Source of the DNA: Williopsis jadinii
Taxonomy: Eukaryota
DNA: 64,000 nucleotides
NCBI GenBank assembly: GCA_024346625.1
Contig: AP024664.1
Span: 992,001 to 1,056,000 of the forward strand
Direction of reading: 5' to 3'
Shown here: one piece after another, positions 40,745 to 50,571 of the stretch
Numbering within the stretch: the stretch's first letter is position 1
Layout of the letters: every line of letters begins with the position of its first letter
Translations under genes and position numbers: made by a program
Notes under the pieces: generated by a model
Told to the model about the DNA's origin: nothing
Seen by the model: only the letters and a program-made list of their open reading frames with translations
Database searches by the model: none

Positions 40745-42280
40745 CTAATCATCATCATCATCATCGCTAGCAAACTCAATCAGTAGCGATCCATTGGGCC
40801 ATAGTTGCTGTACTTCCTTCACTGGTGTATCATCCAGTGGAACCACATACCTTGGGAATGGTGATATCAGCTCAAAATCAAACTTGTGATTATAAGCTGG
40901 ATCAACATCCTTATCCTGATCTAAAAATGATCTGTCGCCATTAGCCATATGGTTCTTCAGGGCAACAAATGAATAAATATCCTTGAGGGTGTGCTCCTTG
41001 CTGAACTTCTGGATCACTTGTGCTCCATGTGGCATTTTGAATCTTATCGTTGCGTATTGGCCCTTTTCAAAGCTGTTCAATTTGTCATTTTCATCATTGA
41101 ACTTACTGTGAATCTTGCAAAGCCATTTCAGCTCTTGCTCTTTTAGCCATTGTGCTACTTGTTCCTGCTGTGCTTTTAATTTCTCTTCTTCCTCCTTCTG
41201 AGATTTCTTGATCTTGTCTGCGATTAGACTCTCCTCGTAGGCTTTGTCTTGTAGTTCCCTGATCATTCTGGAATGACGGAGTTCCTCCTGTTCTAATCTT
41301 TTCATTGTCAATTCGGGCTTGTACTTTTCAACTTCAAACTTCAGTTTGTTCAAGAAAGAATCAGTGGATCTGGTTGGTACCTTCGCAAGAAGAGACATGG
41401 ATGATATCAGATGTGGTCCAGACGCAACGTTACCCAGAAGAAACACGGATGGTAAAGCACGAACTTTGAAGCATCTCGCTATTTCGTTCCCTTGTGATTC
41501 TTCAGCATGCGATACGTACACCAAACAGCGCTCCTCTTTGAGGATATTTACAACATGGTCGTTGTTGAAAGTCCTTTTAAGGAACTGGGTTGACTTGTCA
41601 TTAGATCCGATCACCACGAGTAAGATGAATCTTGACTCCTGCTTTGCCTCTTCAAAGGCTTCGTTGAAATCACCCTTGTATAACTCAACTGGACACTCTT
41701 CATGTGTCAGTTCTCTGAAATGAGCCATGGCATTGAACCCCTTGCTTGTAGGGCGGAGAGGAACTTGATCCGGGGACGGTGGAAACAACAGATTGAAGAG
41801 ATAAGCCAATCCGGTGAACAAAAGCGTCAAGGTCCTTGGAATCAACAACAGTATGAACAACAAGGGGGACTGAGTTATTGTTTGGAGTCCTAAGTAGTCC
41901 ACATGTTGATTTAAACCGGTGTTTGACCTCCATCTGTTGGAAATGGGTCTCACAATGGGTAGCTGTGGCAACAACATGGCACGGTGTGGCAGTTCTCCGT
42001 TACCGTTGATCAGCTGCTCAAGAGCTGCAACGTCAATATCATTCACAATGTGCTCTCTCTGGTGGCCAGGTTGCGCGTACTGATCTGGTGGCTCGATAAA
42101 CGGTTCCCTGGCGGCCTCCTCCTCGAGCATTCCGTCAAAGTATTTGCTCAATGCCACCTCCAGGTTCCAGTAGTTATTCCTCAACAGTCTAACGACTTTA
42201 TCGTACTGATCCTCCGGGAAAGACGTGATCACTTGGAATTCATCGAGTTTCTCTCGTTCAGCGGGGGCAAGGTCGACCAT
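40745..42280 (-). CDS. UBX2: UBX-domain Cdc48 adaptor Ubx2
   Basis: N-terminal UBA-like domain (WNLEVALSKYFD), hydrophobic hairpin, UAS domain, coiled coil, UBX (ISPFPR, LWPNGSLLIE). Confidence 0.85.
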   Translation of the reverse strand: MVDLAPAEREKLDEFQVITSFPEDQYDKVVRLLRNNYWNLEVALSKYFDGMLEEEAAREPFIEPPDQYAQPGHQREHIVNDIDVAALEQLINGNGELPHRAMLLPQLPIVRPISNRWRSNTGLNQHVDYLGLQTITQSPLLFILLLIPRTLTLLFTGLAYLFNLLFPPSPDQVPLRPTSKGFNAMAHFRELTHEECPVELYKGDFNEAFEEAKQESRFILLVVIGSNDKSTQFLKRTFNNDHVVNILKEERCLVYVSHAEESQGNEIARCFKVRALPSVFLLGNVASGPHLISSMSLLAKVPTRSTDSFLNKLKFEVEKYKPELTMKRLEQEELRHSRMIRELQDKAYEESLIADKIKKSQKEEEEKLKAQQEQVAQWLKEQELKWLCKIHSKFNDENDKLNSFEKGQYATIRFKMPHGAQVIQKFSKEHTLKDIYSFVALKNHMANGDRSFLDQDKDVDPAYNHKFDFELISPFPRYVVPLDDTPVKEVQQLWPNGSLLIEFASDDDDDD

Positions 42281-42657
42281 CTTCTGATCTTGTCGAGGGC
42301 GCTAGTGGCGTATAAAGTGAGCTAGTCAATATTGGATCAAAAGGCTACGTAAACGGACCAGTTACGAAACAAATGTTCATGCACTGCGTAGCTATTTTGG
42401 CACAAATAAACGAAAACAATCCCGCGAAATCGCGCCTTAATTTACGCCAAAGTTTCGCACCGGTTGTCAGAATTGGATTATTTGATTTTAAACGGGATCC
42501 CCCTTTGTCGATGATTCTAGAAGGTTCGATGGCTCTGGTGTGTATGATCTACGATAGCGTTGGCGCATATGCCTGATGGTTATAGAAGTATGTTAGCGAT
42601 CCAAGTTAGCGTGCCTCATCGTCATCGGTTGCAGAGCTTGGCTATCTATGTGAGATG

Positions 42658-42667
42658 AAAAAAAAAA
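42658..42667 (-). terminator. RNA polymerase III oligo-T terminator
   Basis: T10 on the minus strand 2 nt after the tRNA. Confidence 0.85.
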
Positions 42668-42669
42668 TG

Positions 42670-42741
42670 GGGCCGAGCAGGGAATTGAACCCTGGACCAC
42701 TCACACCCAAAGCGAGTATCATACCACTAGACCACGCGGCC
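42670..42741 (-). tRNA. tRNA-Pro(UGG), intronless
   Basis: GGCCGCGTGGTCTAGTGGTATGATACTCGCTTTGGGTGTGAGTGGTCCAGGGTTCAATTCCCTGCTCGGCCC folds as a cloverleaf with A and B boxes. Confidence 0.95.
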
Positions 42742-43903
42742 GGATTTGTTATCAAATTTTATGCGCTGTTTGTCACACAGTTCATGGATGAATTGGTTAG
42801 TTAAATGTATAGCCATGATGGTAGCTCTTTTCTTGTAGGATTCAGATGTGAAAACATACTGTGCTTCTGGAATAAGTACTCCGTCTAAAGTTTTGAGATT
42901 ATGCGAATGTTTTATGTAATGATCACAATGAAAGTGTAACATTCTTGATATACTTGGAGATGACGCTCTCATTTTGACAATCTCGCGCGGATCTCCAAAG
43001 CTTTAGATATCGCTGTTTTATCACCAACTGTGAACGCAAATCTTTAATTAATCCTGTTACCTTGTACGTTTAACTATCTTCCAGATGGATGATATTATAT
43101 AGAACATGTCAAGCACATAAATTTGTGTTATTTTACCACTCGAAAATAACATAATTTTGCCTAACTTTAATAGTAGTACGTAGCTTTATTTTTTTGCTTC
43201 AAAAATCTAAAGTCACTTTTTAAACGAAAAGTCTGGAAATTCAATGGTAATATGAGAGATTCATCTCTAATCTTGTATCTTATATTGCCCTATCATGTGA
43301 TTATAATCAAATTACAGCTTTAACTAAGTCTGGCATTTATACCCTCTTCTGCATGACTTTTATGAGGAAACAGCTGGTTTTATCTGGCTAAGCTGTGACG
43401 CTACTATAATTTTACAAATCCATAAGAGCCTTAGGCTTGTTCAGCCAACTCGCTTAACCTTGGATTGTTCATTGCATTCGAGACCTGTAATCTCTCGCTC
43501 AAATAGATGCTAGTCCTATAATTCAATATCTCCTGAACAGCCAACTTGTTCCTCTAGGTGTGTCACATTAAATCCGAACACCACAGAAACCATCTGTATG
43601 GGTTTATGGATCTTGGCTCGTACACTAAACGATTTTACTTTTAAAGGATCAAGCTTGTTATCAACGAAGCACGCTACAACTCGTTGTTACATGAAACTGT
43701 AAACCTGGTTTTATAGTATTTAGTGCAATCAGGTTCTTTCGCTAAACGTTCATCTGGGTGGAATCGCTCTCTCAAACTCATCTCATCGTGTGCTTAGCAC
43801 TAGACTTCATCATCAACTGAGACCCACAATTCAATACTAGAAATGATCACTTATCGAAAACAAAAATAGTCATTACATCCATTAAAAATTATCGAGATAA
43901 ACT

Positions 43904-45010
43904 CTAAGACATTGCACCTGGTGATGATACCTTTTGAATCACTCTAATGATGCTGATTACAAAAGTGACCACCCAAGTACACAAAATAACAAACAAGAAG
44001 GCACATTGCGATCTCTGTAAACGACAGATGGTCCCAACTCTTGGAGACGAGCTTTCTTCATCTGCAACACAAACCCATCGATTATCATACAGAGTATTGA
44101 ATGATAGTGACAAGTTCGAACTCGAGAATATGATGAAGAGGAGATCCAACAAGATCAATCTCATTTTCTCCACTGGGTTTCTAATACCCAACGGCTTAGA
44201 GCTGAATTCGTCATAAGTAATGTAACCCAAGTACACCAATGCAATCGTCTGAACACATATTGCCATGATTGTACTTGGTTGTTGTGAGACGCTTGACGTG
44301 ATCCCCGAGGTAACGTAGTACTGTCTCTTGGAGATTCTAAAGATTCTAATCGCAATTGCCAAAGTGATGACGCATAGACAAATCAAAACCACACGGAAAC
44401 ACAGAGGGATGTAATTGTTGTAGAGAAAGACTCTCTTGAGATATGGTAACCATTCTTCTCTTTTCTCCGTCGACATCCAATAGCCAGCCTTTGACCTCCT
44501 TTTGAAATGGTCCTTCGTCTCAGATGAGGAATCAGAGTTGAAGTCGTTGAATGCCAACTTCCCCTTCTCAGGAGGTGGTCCTTCGTTGTTCAAGTAATGT
44601 TTCAACCGTTCATCACCACCCCATTTCCCCTCTAGCGTCGGCAAACCCTTTAGTGCTTCAGCATCATGGTATAGCACACCATCGGCAAACGCAGGCGTAT
44701 TATCAACAACCTCCATTAGCGTCCCCCAGTTGTTGTTCATCGAAGCCAAGAAAGGATCCTGGTGTCGAATATCTTTACACTTGTGATGCTGCATCGCATT
44801 ATTCTGATTGTTCGCAATGCCGTAGAGGACAAATGGAGGAACCGTCGTTGCCTCATGTGAGTAGTTCTTAACATGGGTATATGGGTTCGTCAATGGCGGT
44901 CTCTTGTACTCCCTCTGTTTAAGATCCGTATGCGCCTTCGGTACCACCGCGAGCTGTGTGCTTGATTCTGTTGAAGTACCAGACTCTGGTGTAGCTTCTT
45001 TAGTAGACAT
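43904..45010 (-). CDS. SRF1: Regulator of phospholipase D, Srf1
   Basis: TVPPFVL, QQPSTIMAICV, KPLGIRNP, LLDLLFIIFSS; four TM segments; near RPL41 as in S. cerevisiae. Confidence 0.85.
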   Translation of the reverse strand: MSTKEATPESGTSTESSTQLAVVPKAHTDLKQREYKRPPLTNPYTHVKNYSHEATTVPPFVLYGIANNQNNAMQHHKCKDIRHQDPFLASMNNNWGTLMEVVDNTPAFADGVLYHDAEALKGLPTLEGKWGGDERLKHYLNNEGPPPEKGKLAFNDFNSDSSSETKDHFKRRSKAGYWMSTEKREEWLPYLKRVFLYNNYIPLCFRVVLICLCVITLAIAIRIFRISKRQYYVTSGITSSVSQQPSTIMAICVQTIALVYLGYITYDEFSSKPLGIRNPVEKMRLILLDLLFIIFSSSNLSLSFNTLYDNRWVCVADEESSSPRVGTICRLQRSQCAFLFVILCTWVVTFVISIIRVIQKVSSPGAMS

Positions 45011-46175
45011 GCCTTATATTGCACAATGTGTGCTCGTTTCCGCGAGATAGCAACTGTGCAATGAAGCAGGTATTAAAACAAAGATATGTCCAGCAGCTCT
45101 ATGTATTTCACGAATCGAAATCACAGCACGATGTGACAGATAAGAGGGAAGAAAGAATAGAAACAGCGCTGTGTGTATAGTTGATTCCTTAGAAGGATCG
45201 GTTTGTTGTTCTTTTAAGAAATCGTCCGTAACTGTGGTGATATAATCTCCCGTTGTCTTTGTGGCCGACTTGTATTTGTTTATGTTTTTGCTTTTTTACA
45301 CCTCTTTTAGCACACATTTTGGATGACAGGACGCAAACAACCACACAAACTAATATCTACACAACGGAGAAGTGTGCTAGCCACATCTACATACCCAGTT
45401 CTCAGCGGCGAGCAGATGAAGAAAAAGCCAATGGTCACGGTTATGATGGTACAGTTGTTTCCGCCATGGAAGAAACTGCTCTTTTTGTCCTGTTTACGCT
45501 GGAATTTGTGGGTGTGCGGGCCCAGTTAGCATGTTACATGTGGGTTGGGATTCAAAAGAAGCGTTGTGTACTAGTGAGAACGATTGGACATACTTGCTCG
45601 GGCTCCATGGGACTCAATACCATGTATGGTAAATATGGATACTAAGCGAAGCAATTGAGTGGTTGGGATCTCGACATTGGCGATCACTGATCGAGTATTA
45701 GTGCGCTAGCACCCCTCCGCTTATGAACAGTGGGTATACACACATTTGCCTATCGAGGATTCAAATAATTACACGCTACAGACAACATACTGACAACTCG
45801 GAGGTCTTTGAAGTGACAAGTTTGGACCCTTGCAACGGGGATGGGGGTCATAGGGTTCTGCCGGCTTTGTATGGGCGGGTGCTGTGATGTGTGTAGGATG
45901 CGTGAGATGTGTAGGATGCATTTGTAGCGCGCATTTGGCTGTGTCACTTCCACCGCATCAACATTCGAGCCAAAACAGAGTAGCAATCATCAACGTCGCC
46001 ACTGCATTTACACTGCCAGGTACACAGCCCAAAAGTGACGCACAACAGACCAATCATTACTCACTGAGACCGTGAGCTTGACTTGTTTATTGGATTCTAT
46101 TTCTACCTCTTTCCCTTTGTGACTTTTTAGACTCACCTTGAACTCACTTGATTGCTGTAACGGAAGAATACACTG

Positions 46176-47090
46176 ATGATAATGAACCAATCAGTTCTGG
46201 CAAGAGGACAGCTTGTGAAGTTGGCATTTAAAAGATACTCGTCGTCATGTTCACACAATGACAAGTACCTGGCAAAGATCTACGCATTCCCGATAACAAG
46301 GGACAAGTCATATCTCCACTTCGAATATAACGAGAAGCTTATCAACGTTAACTCTCCCTTGGTGAAATATGAAAACAAAGCAGTTAGTGGTGCTGCAAAT
46401 CTTTGGAGTAAGATGAAGCAATCTGATAAACCGGTGAATCAGAAGATTGTTCGCTTTGTATCCAGATTCATTGAAAGAATACCATGGACAGAGGACTCGC
46501 TCAGATCTATACCTTCAAGATCTGCATTACTCAGACAGGTCAAGACCCACGGAGATGATGGCACACACGCCGACAAGTCACCCTTATTGAAACCTGCAAC
46601 TGCTGCTGATGGTGAAGAGCTTGAAGGTATCCCTGTGTTCTATCCAGCACATCTGATGACCCCAGTGACTCTCGCAAAGGAGATTGATACGCTATGCCAA
46701 CAGGCAACCACATATCATAAGAAACAGATGCTATTAACAGGTATCGGTGTGCCATTGTCATTACCAATTGCACTCGTTCCAGTGGTTCCAAACGTTCCAG
46801 GGTTTTACCTTGCTTATAGGTTTTACTGCAACACAAAGGCTTATATCGGTGGATTGCACCTTGACCTTTTCAACAAGAACAAAGAGTTGATCTACAAAGA
46901 TGAGCCCCTATTAGACGATGTCTATGAGTCCGTTAGGGAGAACGAGGATGACATCTTACTCAATGAGAGCATTGTGCAACAACTCGTGGATACTTTTAAG
47001 GTCGATGGGGCAAGAACAGGCTTGTTAAAGGCGTTGAGACAAGAGATCCACGCATTAGAGAAGACTGAAGAGGATCAAAAGAAGCATTAG
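46176..47090 (+). CDS. Mitochondrial K+/H+ exchange-related protein (YDL183C-like)
   Basis: Basic presequence-like N-terminus, IPWTEDSL, PIALVPVVPNVPGFYLAYR. Synteny with RPL41 and VMA1. The start may be the second Met (46182). Confidence 0.75.
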   Translation: MIMNQSVLARGQLVKLAFKRYSSSCSHNDKYLAKIYAFPITRDKSYLHFEYNEKLINVNSPLVKYENKAVSGAANLWSKMKQSDKPVNQKIVRFVSRFIERIPWTEDSLRSIPSRSALLRQVKTHGDDGTHADKSPLLKPATAADGEELEGIPVFYPAHLMTPVTLAKEIDTLCQQATTYHKKQMLLTGIGVPLSLPIALVPVVPNVPGFYLAYRFYCNTKAYIGGLHLDLFNKNKELIYKDEPLLDDVYESVRENEDDILLNESIVQQLVDTFKVDGARTGLLKALRQEIHALEKTEEDQKKH

Positions 47091-47173
47091 ACTGTACATA
47101 GGCAATGACAACGGCAGATCACTAGAGATTCCTCGTTCCCTTTATCAAGGCAGTAGTGGCACCAGTAGTCGTT

Positions 47174-47239
47174 TAGCCCTAACAAGATCTCAAACATGGA
47201 GCCCTAATAAAAGTCACGTGTTGAAAGGCATAGCCCTCA
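47174..47239. promoter_or_regulatory. Tbf1-type sites (TAGCCCTAA, GAGCCCTAA, TAGCCCTCA) flanking a Cbf1 site GTCACGTG
   Basis: Sites at 47174-82, 47199-207, 47213-20 and 47231-39, upstream of RPL41. Confidence 0.7.
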
Positions 47240-47459
47240 CCAGGACACCAGGACACCGCGGAGACCTCGGATTTGCGTACCATTTGTGGGACGCAAATAG
47301 CAAAAAATGCGCGAACCTGCAAAAGTTTGAGTCGGAATTAGAGGGTGCTGACCCACTCGTTGGCTTTCGACCAAACCTTTTTCATCGTCGAAAAGTTTCA
47401 AATCTCTTCTCTTTTCTCCAACACTTTTTTTTGAAACCCTTATATACAATTCTTAAACA

Positions 47460-47652
47460 GTATGTGCCCTATAATAAGCAGTCATGGTCATTAAGCTACT
47501 CTATGGATGAAACACAGGTGAATTGGTGACATACAATCTGTCTACTGGAGGTGTTCACTGGCTCCATTGCATCTCATCCCCATAGAAATGTCCAGCGTGT
47601 GACCAGACATGTACCTAGACGAAGGGTTCCCTTAACTAACAATGTCCAACAG
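47460..47652 (+). other. 5'UTR intron of RPL41 (193 nt)
   Basis: GTATGT at 47460, AACTAAC 47634-47640, CAG ending 2 nt before the ATG. Confidence 0.8.
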
Positions 47653-47654
47653 AG

Positions 47655-47732
47655 ATGCGTAACAAATGGAGAAAGAAAAGAGTCAGAAGACTTAAAAGAA
47701 AGAGACGGAAAGTCAGAGCCAGATCTAAATAA
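47655..47732 (+). CDS. RPL41: Ribosomal protein L41 (eL41/eS32), 25 aa
   Basis: MRNKWRKKRVRRLKRKRRKVRARSK*. Below the ORF-track cutoff; next to VMA1 as RPL41A is in S. cerevisiae. Confidence 0.97.
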   Translation: MRNKWRKKRVRRLKRKRRKVRARSK

Positions 47733-48522
47733 GCGGACTGAAACAGATTGATGGGACTGTTGCTCTGTTGAAGAACCAGTCTGTGTCCAAGTTCCTTTCC
47801 GCCTTACAGGTCGAACGGGATGGAAGACCCTGGCTGGGACCTTGAGTAGAGTCGATGGCCTCATCGCTTATACTATTTGTTTCATGATACTGGTTTCTTA
47901 TTAATTTCAGCTAGCAAGGCGAATTTATATGTTTGGTGTGATGGTAAAATTTGTTGAGAGTCTTTAAGGTGTTGGTTTTATCTTTTTGATGGTGATGTTT
48001 TAGAACCTCTTGGTGCTTTTACTGTTGTATTGGGGATTGGATTTGCCTCATTAGTCCGCAGGAAAATGTATGTTCACATATATTTCTAAGATCGTTGTAG
48101 ACAGCTTAGCCCAAACCGTTAGAGCTAGTAATCCGTAGCAATGTCCGTGTACATGCCAAACAGAGACACTCCATCAACGCTTGCTTCCCAGTCGTGTATA
48201 CACACGCTGTGTGTCCCCCACCACATCTATTACATAAGCAGGCAGATCTAACAGTAGGGTAACGGAATCTAGCGCGCACAACAAAAAATCCCGAGCCAAA
48301 GCCAATGCATTACCCTACCGACTTTGCGCTATAGGCTCCAACTTAAGGAGGTGCTGCATTTTATTCTGACCCTTCTTCCTGTGAAAGAGAACAGGTTTGA
48401 TAAAGCATTTTCCCCTTTGCGCTTTGCTGGAGAAACAAACAAGACAGAAGAGGATACGCTTATTCAAGCCAATTGATCGTATATCTGTGCTAATTTGAAG
48501 ATACATTACATCGTTATCGAGA

Positions 48523-50497
48523 ATGGTGAGTACCAAGCGTGCTTGTTGACTGGGAGACGAGGGCATAGCGTTTGAGGCGAATGCCCTCGAGAGATGTCCA
48601 GAGCGTACCATGGCTTGAGCGCGGACCCACTAACGATATACCGTAGGCTGGTGCTTTAGAGAATGCTCGTAAGGAGATCAAGAGAATCTCTCTAGAAGAC
48701 CACGAGGAGTCCGAGTACGGCCAGATTTACTCTGTGTCCGGTCCTGTTGTCATAGCCGAAAACATGATTGGCTGTGCCATGTACGAGTTGGTGAAAGTTG
48801 GTCACGATAACCTGGTTGGAGAGGTTATTAGAATCGAGGGTGATAAGGCAACGATCCAGGTGTACGAGGAGACCGCAGGTGTGACCGTTGGTGACCCTGT
48901 TTTGAGAACTGGTAAGCCATTGTCCGTCGAATTGGGTCCAGGTTTGATGGAGACCATCTACGATGGTATTCAAAGACCGTTGAAAGCCATTAAGGAATTA
49001 TCACAGTCCATCTACATCCCAAGAGGTATCGATGCTCCAGCATTGGACAGAAACATCAAGTACGACTTCAAACCGGGATCCCTGACAGTTGGAGACCACA
49101 TTTCGGGTGGTGATATCTTTGGCTCAATCTTTGAGAACTCCCTTTTGGATGACCACAAGATTCTCTTGCCACCAAGAGCTAGAGGTACCATTACATCCAT
49201 CGCTGAGGCTGGCTCTTACACCATCGATGAGCCTTTGCTCGAGGTTGAATTTGACGGAATTAAACACAAGTACTCAATGTTCCACACATGGCCTGTTCGT
49301 GTTCCAAGACCAGTCGCTGAGAAGTTGTCCGCTGATTACCCATTGCTTACCGGCCAAAGAGTGTTGGACTCCTTGTTCCCATGTGTCCAAGGTGGTACCA
49401 CTTGTATTCCAGGTGCCTTTGGTTGTGGTAAGACTGTTATTTCCCAGTCCCTTTCTAAATACTCCAACTCTGATGCCATTATCTACGTGGGTTGTGGTGA
49501 GCGTGGTAACGAGATGGCTGAGGTGTTGATGGAGTTCCCAGAGCTGTACACCGAAATCTCTGGCAGAAAAGAGCCAATTATGAAGCGTACCACTTTGGTT
49601 GCTAACACATCTAACATGCCTGTCGCTGCAAGAGAAGCCTCTATCTATACCGGTATCACACTTGCTGAGTACTTCAGAGATCAGGGTAAGAATGTTTCCA
49701 TGATTGCTGATTCTTCCTCCAGATGGGCCGAGGCCTTAAGAGAAATCTCTGGTCGTCTTGGTGAAATGCCTGCTGATCAAGGTTTCCCTGCTTACTTGGG
49801 TGCCAAGTTGGCCTCTTTCTACGAGAGAGCTGGTAAGGCTGTTGCACTGGGTTCCCCAGACCGTATTGGCTCTGTTTCTATTGTTGCTGCTGTGTCTCCA
49901 GCCGGTGGTGATTTCTCTGACCCTGTCACCACCTCTACGTTGGGTATTACCCAAGTGTTTTGGGGTCTGGATAAGAAACTTGCGCAGAGAAAGCATTTCC
50001 CATCCATCAACACCTCTGTTTCATACTCTAAGTACACCAATGTTCTTGGTAAGTACTACGATGCTAACTATCCAGAGTTCCCAACGTTAAGAGATAGAAT
50101 TAAAGAGATCTTGTCTAAGGCCGAGGAGTTGGAACAAGTTGTGCAATTGGTTGGTAAATCTGCCCTTTCAGACTCTGATAAGATCACCTTGGATGTTGCC
50201 ACATTGATCAAAGAGGACTTCTTGCAACAAAACGGTTATTCCACGTATGATGCCTTCTGTCCAATCTGGAAGACATTTGATATGATGAGAGCATTCGTCG
50301 GATACCATGACGAAGCACAAAAGGCTGTTGCTAACGGTGCAAACTGGAATAAGTTGGCTGAGCAAACTGCAGACGTGAAACATTCTGTCTCATCCTCCAA
50401 GTTCTTTGAACCATCAAAGGGTGAAACTGTCGGTAAGGAGGAGTTTGAAAAGTTGATCCAAAGCATCTCTGAGAGATTTGCAGAGGCAAGCGAATGA
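48523..50497 (+). CDS. VMA1: V-ATPase catalytic subunit A, intein-free, 2 exons: 48523-48525 and 48647-50497, 617 aa
   Basis: ATG|GTGAGT...CACTAAC...TAG|GCT gives [20 protein letters not shown]-loop GAFGCGKT; contiguous [13 protein letters not shown]. Confidence 0.97.
48526..48646 (+). other. Spliceosomal intron of VMA1 (121 nt) directly after the ATG
   Basis: GTGAGT donor, CACTAAC 48628-48634, TAG acceptor. Confidence 0.9.
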
Positions 50498-50571
50498 TTT
50501 AGCGTATCCACTTAGAAATAATAATAACATCACCAAAAGAATCTCATCTCATGATACTGTATCCACCCCAA

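Noticed and set aside
42747..42979. Solo LTR (TGTT...ACA) upstream of the tRNA
   Set aside because: Terminal inverted repeats are poor, there is no 5-bp target-site duplication, and no second copy occurs in the window.
42980..43450. Point centromere
   Set aside because: No CDEI-CDEII-CDEIII arrangement; AT content is well below that of CDEII.
48734..50497. CTG-clade (CUG=Ser) genetic code
   Set aside because: CTG occurs at invariant Leu positions of Vma1 (DNLVG, WGLDK).
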